A stretch of 62,016 nt of DNA, the filler included, from Choristocarpus tenellus KU-1152 (taxonomy: Eukaryota > Protista > Phaeophyceae): NCBI GenBank assembly GCA_964200185.2. It is 11 parts of 11 records of this genome, joined end to end, with 100 filler letters (N's around TTAATTAATTAA, not from the genome) between each part and the next. Parts side by side here need not be neighbours in the genome. Positions count along the whole stretch, not along the records: positions 51,072 to 55,418 come from CAXNAD020014992.1; positions 55,519 to 62,016 come from CAXNAD020007996.1; 9 more parts are not named here. The stretch is one strand, 5' to 3'. Below are positions 50,972 through 62,016 of the stretch, piece after piece. Under the pieces are notes generated by a model. That model was not told the DNA's origin, made no database searches, and worked only from the letters and a program-made list of their open reading frames with translations. How positions within the stretch are numbered: position 1 is the stretch's first letter; each line of letters starts with the position of its first letter. The position numbers were made by a program, and so were the translations under genes.

Positions 50972-52699
50972 NNNNNNNNNNNNNNNNNNNNNNNNNNNNN
51001 NNNNNNNNNNNNNNNTTAATTAATTAANNNNNNNNNNNNNNNNNNNNNNNNNNNNNNNNNNNNNNNNNNNNCCCTGTTTGTCCATTTGGGACTTGGCTTC
51101 CCTCGGGGTTTTTATGACATTTTCCTACTTCAAAATGTTTCGGAGTAGGTAAAATTTATACGTTCTGAAAAGGTATGTCCAGAGCAAGGTTAATGACACT
51201 TCCTAACAAACATGATAGCCAAAATTTCTTCGAAATCACAACATAGGATTTTGACCCCCAAATGGACGCGGCTCTACCCTCTAAGATACTTTGGCTCTTT
51301 ACTTCGCTGTGTGAAAACAGCAGGCACTTTAGAAATGGGGGGGTTGTTGTAGTTTATGTTATTGTTTATTTGTGGGTCCCCCCCACCCCTTTGCTCTCAT
51401 GGCCAGCGATTGCCACCTCATAGTAAGCACTCTATGAGTATGAGGTATTTGATGACCTGTATGCTTCAGGCTAGTGATTATTACTGAATTTTATGCAAGT
51501 GTTTGCGGTTTTACCTCTTCTCTTCTGTGATTCTTTCAGTGCTGTCCTTGAAACACATGTATCTGTCTTAATTGGGGGAAAGCCAAATTTCAAAAGGTTG
51601 AATATAATACTTTTGATATTTTGCAGCATTAAAAAAATGGACCACATTTTTTTAAAATTTGTTTTATACTACTCCTAAAAATGCGCAAAAGATGAATGCA
51701 CTACTGTTGCTGCAAAATATATTGGGTTGTTAAATGTGAAAGGTTGGAAAATTATCAAAATGCCTTACCAATGGTCACTCCAGATATCCACTTTGAAGTA
51801 GAGTGAGGGCCCCTTGGATTCCCCTATTTCAAGGTACAAACACTGAATATTTCTGATTTGGCATCTGAATACCCATGAATGCAAACAGGGCCTCCTTGCG
51901 GGGACTCTTTGTCCTCTCAAAGTTGTAGATTTTTTGTATGCTGTACCCCTGGCGACCTCTTGCTGATCAAGGTCCTTTGATACTGATTTTTTCCTGGAAC
52001 CAAGGCAAGGGCGAGATGTTTGTTTGCCTGCTCAGTAGTTCCAAGCGAACATTAGTTCCAAAGAGAACCTGAGTGTTATCGATACTTGTACTTTTTTCTT
52101 TCTAGTTTGGTCAGAAATTGTTAGAAATTGTACATCTTTGTTTCTCATGTGCGTTTAACTATTCCATTTTGGGAATATATGGGAAATATTACTGTATCAA
52201 CTTCAGTTGTAAATATATATGTGTGTGTAAGCAAGTTTTATAGTTAGATGCTAAGTTGTTGTTCCTCTAATGTTTGCTCATACATATCAGTAGTGAGATT
52301 GCACAGCAGGACGGTCTCTGTAATGGCATGTTGGATGTGAATTACTGATATTTCTAGTGCTGTAGAGGTAGCAACCTGTATTTCATTTCTCAATGGAGCA
52401 TTACTGCACGTATTCCAATTAACCATCTTTGCTCTGCGTGGCAGGACATGACATTTTTTTGGGGGGAAATTACTTGAAGAGGATGATTGTATCATCTTTG
52501 AAGAGTGGAGTGTTTTGTTCTCAAGTTGGATGTCAAGTCCTCTCCCTTTTTTTTTTTGCAGTGCCAGGAATGCCGATGCCAAAAAATATACTATTACCTT
52601 GACAGCCAGTGCAGTTGTCCCATACCAATCTCTGGTCCTTCACTTTTCCCTTTCATGTTTCACTAGGCGTAATTGATAGTTGACTGTCTCCTTCCCCAC

Positions 52700-54310
52700 C
52701 AATGTGACTCTCATGAAATACAGGAACAATAGTGATCATCCATTTCTTTGCTAGTCACTTCCCTGACCTGCAGGCTGGGGGAGGCTGGTTCGTGTCACTC
52801 CCTGGTGTCCCCAAGGTTCCCACGATTGCTCTAGCAATCAGTACACTTATTAACTTGTATGGAAACTACTGTGGGATCATGCCTTTGGTTTAGAGCATGC
52901 CGGGGACTGACCGAGTCAAATGATGTACTCTACGTGCCCCATGAATATACTGGGCCTTGTTTGGCTGCAAGTGTGAAATATTGTACTTGGGGTATATTTA
53001 GAAGCAGTTGAATGCCATAAGCTGATGTGCTGAAAGGGACCTAGCACTTTTTTTTACACGACTCAAGGGCATGGAGAGGAGAGTCTGTTCCACTGGAAAT
53101 AGGTATAGTGTAAGCCCCTGTAAAGGTAGTGTTTCCTACGTCTACATCAGATCTGGTTAGAGAGTAGCATATGAAAGTGGATAGTTCTACTGAGACAAAG
53201 AAAATCCTTGCCATGGTTAAGGATTAATTTGAGTTTCTTGCTTTGGAGCAGGCATTCAACTTGTTGTTTTGCCATGCCATAGAAGATTACGTACATGGTT
53301 GTGGGCGCGATTGGCTGCCCGCTCTTGAATATTTAAATAGTCGTTTGTATTAAGGAACTTAGCTAACACCATTCTGTTGTCTCACTGTACATGACTAGAA
53401 CATCTGAGGTGTTGATTGGTACATTGATTTATCTGTGTGTGCTTCTCTAGCCTACCCTATTTGGAATTTCAGAAGGAGAGGAGTTGAACACCATCTAGAT
53501 TTTGAATATGAGAGCAATCTGATCTATGAAGGAGTTTTCAAAATGAACTGAAGTTGTTCTTTGGACTGGGAAATGAACAGGCAACAGTGGTTTGTCAAAT
53601 TATCAATGTAGAAATTCTATCTCTTCTTGTGTTGATGAGAATCCCCATATATCGATGCATCTGCGATGCTGTTGTGTTGTTGTGCTGCTGTACTTCAAAC
53701 TGTTGTATGAGATATTTGCTGTTCTTGTACTACAAATACCAATAGCATCTCTTTTGCAAAACAAGAAATGCATTGCTTGTGATTCTCAGCCTGTCTCTCT
53801 TCTGAACCTTAGCACATATACTCCAGTATAATACAGCTGGGTCTATTCACTTGCGGCAACAGGACTTCTCTTCCGTGCATGCACACTGCTGAAGCTTTAT
53901 AAGCCAACCAGTGGAGAGGTAGGCATGTTTGGACCCTTTCGACATCCTAAGTCCATCCTTCTTACCTTGTGCAATGCACTATCTCATTGCTTTATGTCCC
54001 AAGTGTACGCAAAATTGATACTCCTCCTTTTCGCACCCAAAAGTAAAACCACAATTCAGCAAGAGCTCTTTCTGCAATTGTACAAAATGCTATCTTTTTG
54101 CCCTTTCTTGTGATCCTTAATATGCAATCCTGTCCACCTCTCAGTTTGACTCTTCAATCCTCCTGATTATGCCTGCATGATGTGTACCAGGTAGCTCCAA
54201 AGACACAGGGTCGACAATTATTTTGACTATCTGTGATGGTACTCCTGCCCACTTGAGAAATGTAGAAACTAAATCATCACTGGTTCTTCCCTCATCCAGT
54301 ATAAACTGCT
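52700..54310 (-). pseudogene. Highly decayed hAT-like transposase
   Basis: Scattered minus-strand motifs in hAT order: DDLVSTFLKWAGVP, LLSYSKSRWCST (cf. TRWxS) and EQSWEPWGH...RTSL (cf. dimerisation ERxWS...RxxL). Many stops. Confidence 0.35.
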
Positions 54311-56112
54311 CATGTTTTGCTTAGTCAGTCCATCCTAACCGTGACATTCAAGAATCAAATCATCACTGGTTCTTTCCTTGCCCACTGTTGTGTAAACTGG
54401 TACTACATATTCTACTGCACCACATCCTCACTGGCATCACTTCGTCTCTTATAGCTATGCCACAAAAGATTTTAGGAAAGCAACATCTCGCGTTTCCTTA
54501 CAAAACTTGTGACCCACCCCATTATTTCTATTTTTTGTATTCAACTTCATGAAAGAACTATCTCTTTTAAAATCAACTCTACTAGAAATAAGAAAATTCG
54601 ATGAGTTCGATTCAATCATTAGCAGGTGAGGTAGGGCATGCTGATCGCGTCGAACACCGATTCTGGTGTAAACAAGGTGCGCGCCGAGCTTTGAGAAGAA
54701 TGTCAGAAGGCAGAAGATCTCCAGTTGGTAAGGAGTCCGTCCTAAAGGTCAAAATTTTGACAAATATTTTGTATTCTTCTATTGCCAGAAGCATTATCTC
54801 CTGTTGTAGTATCTGAGACAAACTATTGCTCATATTTTGCTCAAGAAAGACTGAAGAACATGTGACTGAGGGGTTAACTGCGAAAGGTGAAGATGGATTT
54901 ATCACTGATTCTATAAACCTCTTGTAGAGAATAACGTTTCACGATCACAATATCACTAAAGTGGGACCAATATCTTCGCGGTCTGTGGCAATCTTGAATT
55001 TCTTCACTGTATAGCTGCAACAGATATACGATAATCCTCTACCTCTATTATCTATTATTATATTGGAGGGGATGGGGTTGGGGAGGTGATGGAGGAAGGC
55101 GACGGCGGTGCACGAGACAGGCAGTGGCAAGGAGCAAAATATAAGTGGAGGATTTAACCCAACTCCAGGAAGAGATGCACTGGTTTCGATCTAGTACAAT
55201 GAAGGATAGACAGAGAACGGAATGGGCCCACATGGGAACGAGGTGGAGGTGATCAAGGATGGGAATGGCAGCCCACGAGATAGGCACGGGCAAGGGGGGA
55301 ACATAAGCAGAGCACACCACTCCTCTTCGGGAAAAGGTAGACACGTTTGAGCCAAAGTATCTTAGAGGGTAGAGCCGTGTCCATTTGGAGGTCAAAATCC
55401 AATGTTGCGATTTTGATGNNNNNNNNNNNNNNNNNNNNNNNNNNNNNNNNNNNNNNNNNNNNTTAATTAATTAANNNNNNNNNNNNNNNNNNNNNNNNNN
55501 NNNNNNNNNNNNNNNNNNAAGAAAAGTCCTGCAAAGTAAGAAAAAAAATGTCACAAATTTTGTGCATTATTTTTTTTTGCTCATTGTATTGTAAAAAAAA
55601 AAAAAAAGCATAAATTATTATTACTATCATTATTATTATATTTATTAAGTGGTGTGAGAATAATTAAAACTAAAAACTGTTACTACACTAAGAGTTGAAG
55701 CGCACAGACTGGATTTTTTAAATTATGAATAATAATAATAATATAAATAATAATAATACCAACAGCAACAGGATCAGTCAGTGCCAATAAAAACTGCAAA
55801 AAAAAAGAAAAAGCATCTACCAAGACACCGCCCCAAGTATACTCATACATACACAAGCACCACATCACAACCACAACCCTAAACACCAACCATGATAAGA
55901 AAAAAACATCAAGCGACAGCTACCTACTACTGTGGCGCCTTTCATAGCGCCACGGTGCCCCAGAGCTAAGGTGCTGAGCCAGTGACCACAGTAAACACTA
56001 CTCAGTTAGGGGTTCATTTGTCACGCCTTGCAAGGTGAGCTGGGGGGGGGGCTCTTCTTGTGCCTGAGATAGGTGATCAAAGTCGGGAAGGCAAAACCGC
56101 AAATTCGAATAG

Positions 56113-56148
<36 letters not shown>

Positions 56149-56435
56149 AATATAAAAATAAATATATTTAATCCGTCCGTCTTCGCAGGCAACCAGAAAA
56201 AATAAAATAAAAGAGTTTGAATTGAAACTGCTACAACAACAACAGTCAACACAACCTGCAACTACCTTAGCAAACATTTCCGTTTTTTTCTTTTTTTAGA
56301 ATTTCCAGTTGCACCCCGCATCCGTGCGTTTTGAACGCACGCGGTGTAAAATAAAAAATTAAAATGTATTATTTACGATACACACGCATCCGCGGTTGTT
56401 TACTTCCTACAGGTTCAAGTGCATCACCACCATCG

Positions 56436-56735
56436 ATGGACGTACCCTTTTACTGATGTACCCTTTTAAGGATGTATCTTTTTACGGATGTATCATTTTT
56501 ATGGATGTACCCTTTTATGATGTGCTCTTTTACGGATGTATCGTTTTACGGATGTACCATTTTACGGATATATCGTTTTATGGATGTACCATTTTACGGA
56601 TGTACCTTTCTACAGATGTACCCTTTTATGGATGTACTTTTCTACAGATGTACCCTTTTATGGATGTACCCTCTTACGGATGTATACTTTCATGGATGTA
56701 CCAATTTACAGATGTACCCTTTTACGGATGTACCT
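56436..56735. repeat. 16-bp minisatellite (GATGTACCCTTTTACG consensus), about 18-19 copies
   Basis: Directly visible; it explains the three overlapping repetitive ORFs in the track. Confidence 0.95.
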
Positions 56736-57917
56736 TCAAGTCAACAACAAACATGTACACATACGCTCTCTCTTCCCGTATCGCAGAAGGTTAAAAGAGG
56801 GGAGTTTTCAATCATCCAAGCATGCCCTATGCACTCAACAACAACAACAACAACAACATCAATAAAAAAATAAATGTTACAGATATAACGTATCGCACAG
56901 CGCTGAGGTAACGACCAATGAACGATTGCCATTGCTGTTGTGTATGTGTCCCCTTGAATATTTTACTATACAGTATTACTACTACATAAAACACGCACGT
57001 TTATTTCATTTTTTTTTCTCTTTTTCAAATGGGGGGGGCAGGCAACACACACACACAAAAAAAATTACACAAAATGATCACTTCAAAACGCAATAATAAA
57101 AGTAGTAGTATTCACAATATATATATATATATATATATTTATTTTTTTTAATAGCGGATTTCACGGAAGGACCTCAGAAAAATCCGATCAATTTCCCCAA
57201 AATCTCCAAAAAGTGAGGTAAAGGTGTTGACATGACATTATGCCAGTATGATGCCACAAAATGGTAGTATAGTATAGACCCACAGGAGTAGTACGGCAGT
57301 ATATAGTACCCTCACTTTACTGTGAAGGTCCTTGCAAGTCAAAGGATGCTCGAGTCTGTCCCCAATATTGAGTGAAACAGAAAAGACACCACTCACCAAT
57401 CAAGTAGAAACAGACATGTCTGAACAAACAAAAAAATCACAACGAAGGGAGGTTTCTAGTTTGACAAGTGCAGATCAGATGGTCTTTCTCGACAGAGGAT
57501 GTTCTGTTCTTATTGTGCCATCTCACTGTGCTCAAGGAGATAACTTGAAAGAAACACTTGGAGTGCATTTCCCACTTGAAGAAGAACGAGTCCCGTGGTG
57601 TGGTGTAAGCACGAAATTTCGGAATACTGACCGTTGGAGGAGAAAAGGAGTTGTTGCTCAGGTCAGAGAGGGCTGTCCATTAAGGCTGAAGATTCCCCCC
57701 CCCCACAAAATCTCACTGAAGCTTTCTCAGTTTTTTTCCCATTGTGAAACAGGAAGTACAGGGAAGAAAGATCACCAACACATCACACCAGCTAAAGATT
57801 ATACATTTTGATCTTGCCGAGGGTTAGATACAGAAAACTGTACTATCGAAAATAGCAAATTAATTCCCCTTCAACTATACACCCAGCACCTCAACTTCTC
57901 AAACCTCAATATATCAC

Positions 57918-58898
57918 CTGTGCTTGCCAGGCTAGAGCGAGGCTGTTCAGCCCCGCGCCCACTTCAGGGTGTGCTCCTCCTAGAGCTTTCTCGTTGATCT
58001 GCAGCGCCCTGGAGCAAAGAGATTCTGCCTCCTCATATGCCCCCCTTTCCTGCGCGAGTCTCGAGAGCACGCCCAAGTGCTTCGCCAGGGCCGGGTGGTC
58101 TGCTCCAAGGTCCTTCTCCAGCGACTCCATCATCTCTCGGATGAGATTCTCCTGGGCCTCTCGCTGACGCGTGAAATGTGTGCCCCCACGGCCAGCCCCC
58201 TCTTTCGCCCTGCCCATGTTCTTTCCCTTGGAGCTTTCGTCATCTCCATCACTGATTCCTTCCTTGCCCTGGGTATTGAGATCCTCAACCCAGTAAGATC
58301 CGGTAACCTCGCTCCTATCTCGCTTTCTTCTACTTCCTCTCGAGCTGGCATAAGGTGTTGATGAAAGTCTCTGTGACCGTGATGTCGAAGAGGAGTCTGG
58401 GAGGAGGGCAGGGGTGTCGACGGAGGATGCATGGGAGTTCAATGGGCTCTGGGCGGATTCGTCCTCCACTTCCAGCAATTCGGGGTCTTTCTGCTTCTCT
58501 GCTTCTCGACCTGATCCTCGGACAAGTCGCCATGCTACGCCTGCACCTCTGCGCAAATTACCCCAAAGCCCCCCTCCTCTTGAGTCTCGAGAAGATTGCT
58601 TAGGTTGACTATCTACTTTATCTGAACCGCTAGATCCAATCTTTCCACTTCCCCGGCCTTCTTCATTTTCACTTGCTCCAGAGCCCCCACGTACCCAGAC
58701 GACGACTGCGAGTGGGCCCGGGCGTCCATAGCCTCGAACTGGACGAAACGTCCACGATGTTGACTCTTTGTAGTTCAACTCCGCCTCAGACTCTATCAGG
58801 AGTCGAGAAAGAGTCCCATGATGGCCAGGAAGGGGAGTTACAGCTTCAAGGACTGGCAGTGCAGCTGAGGTGATGACTAGCAGCAGCACAGAACGCAT
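57918..58898 (-). CDS. TPR-repeat (kinesin-light-chain-like) protein with N-terminal signal peptide, first exon
   Basis: Hydrophobic leader MRSVLLLVITSAALPVLEA; TPR units LGADHPALAKHLGVLS...YEEAESLCSRALQINEKALGGAHPEVGAGLNSLA; donor CAG|gtgata. Confidence 0.88.
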
Positions 58899-59337
58899 CT
58901 TGACTTTCTAGGTGGAAACTGTGAGTGATGATAGAAAGGTGTTCTTGGAGCTGCCACGCGTCTCACCCCTCAAAATACCCAAAGTGTTTTATTCATCAGC
59001 ATTCGGACTACTCGACACGGCAATGTCAGTATTTCCAGCTACAGGAAAGCATTGCTATCCCTTTAAGTGCAAAAAAAGTCCAGGTTGGTGGTGTCTGGGT
59101 GTTGTTGTCCTCTTTCTTGGTTGTGTGTGTGAAGCTGAGGGAGAGAGGAGTTGCACATCCATACGGTACGTAAACTTATATACCGTTGTTGGAGTTAGTT
59201 CATTCTTCTTGTGATTAGTATTTACCGCTCTAGAGTCAGCACAATCCACACAACCAAATATAGGCTTATTTTAGATACTATCACTTCAAACTGAGGAGAC
59301 CTTTGTGTGTTGGGGTGTGTCCAAGTTACACTGCAAT
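58899..59337. promoter_or_regulatory. Probable bidirectional promoter
   Basis: 439 bp separate two divergent ATGs; function is inferred from geometry only. Confidence 0.5.
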
Positions 59338-61477
59338 ATGGCCAAGGACTTGAGCTTAGTCCCACAACTCTGGGCATTCGACTTCGACGGTGTGATCTGC
59401 GACAGTGCCACGGAGGTTGCAATGTCTGGGTGGAAGGTAAGCCACAGCGGAGTGCGAGAGGTGATGGACAGCATCATGGTCCTGCATACGTCGTGCTTCA
59501 AGGCACTGTATTGGGTTTAACAATGAGGCCGTGGCTGGTTATTCTTTGGAAAGGGTGGTCACTTCAAAACTGAGAAGGGTGCCGTGCTTGCTAACCTGTC
59601 ACTCAGGGGGTGATACCTAATCCATTGTTGCCTTTTGCAACTTGTATACCCCCTAGGTTTGATGAACGTACTTGTCGCCAAATGTATGTAGTCATTCGAC
59701 CAGAAGTTGCAAATGGGATTGAACCAGAGCTATTTTCCAGTCGGGTATAGCAAGTGGTCATGCTCGAGGTTGTAAGGATTCCCAATCTGTGATATTTATC
59801 CATCCCTCACCTTGTCAAAGGCATAAGTGGAAATAGAACATTCAATACGTTACATCTCCCCCGTCCCCGTGACTTGACCACATCTCTCCGCAGGCATGCC
59901 GGTCCCTTTGGCCGACCCTAGGTGAACAGTGGCCACAAATGTGAGCAATCTCATCCTGCAGTAGCATTGTGTCATCGTCTTTACACCTAGTTCTGTAGAC
60001 GACGGTACAACCACAATAATCTCTTTGTCCTCATACCCGATAACCTGTCGTGCCATCACCTCACTTGAATAAGGCCAGACTATTCTAGTTCCTAGAATGC
60101 TAGTTAGTGTGATGGACACAGAACATGGAGGGCTAAATTTTGATACTCATACAGTACCAAGTAGCTCTAGTATACGAAGCCTGAGGGATGCATGAAAATC
60201 TACACTACTCTAAAGTCTTTGCAAATGCTCTGTGGCAACCTAGATTCTCCTTCAGCGTTGTTAAAGTTGCCACTATGTTATCTTACAACATCTTCAATCT
60301 TGTCCCCTTTGCAACACGTCAATCTACTTCGCTGAGGATAGAAGTTGGAGAGATCATGAATTTCAAGAACTTATCGCAAGTACGAATCAATCTCATTGGT
60401 GCGAGAATCTGCAGGCGTACATGTTCAACCTCACCTCCTCCCGCCGCACACCAGGCTGCCACAGGATGTTCTTGCCTCCTTCGTCAAGGTCCGTCCCTGC
60501 CTTGAAACCGGATGGGAGTCAATCCTTCTATTGAGACTCGTTATGGAAGAAAGGGGTAAAATGGACCACACGGAGGTACTGAGGACGTTTCAGGTGAAAT
60601 CATGATGTGTATTTCAGCTCCTCATGGCCTTTTCCGCTTCCTCCCCCCAGCCCCTCCCTTCCAGAAGTGGCTGTTTCTGCCTTTTGGAAATGCGGTATAG
60701 ACAGCAATGACAAGAGCTTTTTGTCTTGTTTAAGACAATGGGACTCTTTTGTTCCTTATTTGCACTTATTTGCTTCACAAACCCGAATATTGAGATGCCT
60801 ACACAATGGACTGGCTGCCTGTACTGTACGACAATATTTTGAGTGCCATCCAAGAAAGGTAGCAGGCAGCGTGTACATTTCGCTGCACTTGTCCATCCCG
60901 ACATGTGTGTGTGTGTGTTTGTGTATGAATTAGTCTTGTTAATTATCATCACTTTTTTTTTTAGACAATGAGATTTTGAGGTAGCTGATTGGATTGGACA
61001 TATAACATAGGGACTCACTTGTTCTTACAAAAAGGTATACCTTGGAGTAGACATTATCAGATATATATATATATATATATAATTCACACCAAAACCAACT
61101 TCTTCATATATTTTGTTTCCCCATACAGTCAATTACAAAACTTTATAGACCGGGTGTGAGTTTGGAAAGGGCGAAAAAAATTTAAGCATGAAAAAAACCT
61201 TGGTCCCATTTTTTTTTCAGCGTTTGGTGGAAAAAAATACATATTGCCTCCGCAATCAATAGAACTAACTCCCCAGCAGCAATCCGTATGACACTATTGC
61301 AGTCCTCCCTCAAGCTAGAGCTGCTTTCGAGGACGGAGAACAGCAAGGCGGATGTGTCTGATGCGTTCAAGCGCGCAAGGCAGACATGGCTTGAAGAGGA
61401 TAGGGAAGGGTGGCTGGGCGTCCATGCCTTCTACCCGGGGGCAGTGGACTTTGTGAGGGAGTTGCTAGAGAAGCACG
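59338..61477 (+). CDS. HAD-superfamily hydrolase, partial (exons 59338-59436, 59894-59940, 60455-60593, 61303-61477; continues 3')
   Basis: Motif I WAFDFDGVICDS, then ACRSLWP, VRPCLETGWES and WL...FYPG. All four exons join in phase with GT-AG junctions. Confidence 0.92.
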
Positions 61478-61496
61478 GTAAGCATTAAGTGTGTAC

Positions 61497-61537
<41 letters not shown>

Positions 61538-61688
61538 TTTTTTTTTCAATAAGAAAGTAACTGACGATTTGTCTCTACACAATCTCTTACTTGATGTGAA
61601 ATCGAGTTCCCGGTGCCGGCCCGCCTTCAGAGCACTATTGCGCTGCAAGCAGAGAGTCTCGCCCCCATTTGCTCCTGTGTGTGGGCGT

Positions 61689-61748
61689 ATGCTCCAGAAT
61701 ATGCTCCAGAGTATGCTCCAGAGTATGCTCCAGAATATGCTCCAGAAC
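61689..61748. repeat. 12-bp tandem repeat (ATGCTCCAGART) x5, intronic
   Basis: Directly visible. Confidence 0.9.
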
Positions 61749-62016
61749 GTCCCCGGTCCTTGTCGACATGCTCTGCCCGTCCCTCGCCTCCGTTCCCACC
61801 CTGTTGACCGCTCTTCCCGCGGCAGTAGTAGTGCGGGCAGGTACCTCACCTGTCCCATGGTTACCCTGTGTAAGTCCCACGGTACTTTGTCCCGCGCATA
61901 ACGAAAGTACCGTGCCTGTCGTATAATATCGCTGTACCTGTCCTTCTGTAGTCCCTCATCTGCCCCACAGTTGTTCAGATCAAGCCCCCCCCCCCCCCCC
62001 TGTGTACCTTTGTTCC

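Noticed and set aside
56436-56735. CRISPR-like array or repetitive protein
   Set aside because: Units are contiguous with no unique spacers, there are no cas genes, and the context is eukaryotic.

Overview
Fragmented eukaryotic DNA, not prokaryotic. Eleven short scaffolds are joined by synthetic 100-nt N44-TTAATTAATTAA-N44 linkers, so adjacency across a linker means nothing. GT-AG introns, interstitial TTAGGG tracts and a brown-algal-style LRR N-cap exon suggest a stramenopile alga, probably a brown alga or relative (inference). Host genes: an intronless MYB-CC/GARP (PHR1/PSR1-like) transcription factor, a head-to-head TPR and HAD-hydrolase pair, inositol 5-phosphatase exons, and isolated LRR and START exons. 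Most of the rest is decayed mobile DNA: a Ty3/Gypsy element with a nested Copia fragment, mariner and probable hAT pseudogenes, a long tRNA-headed SINE, and two MITE families that share termini and make ~4-bp target duplications. The best novelty candidate is scaffold 46912-50971. It carries an intron-containing Sola2-like transposase gene transcribed divergently from an intron-containing ParB/Srx-domain plus HTH gene. The two are separated by a ~0.9-kb tandem repeat array with palindromes. All protein assignments are by eye from motifs; no database search was run.
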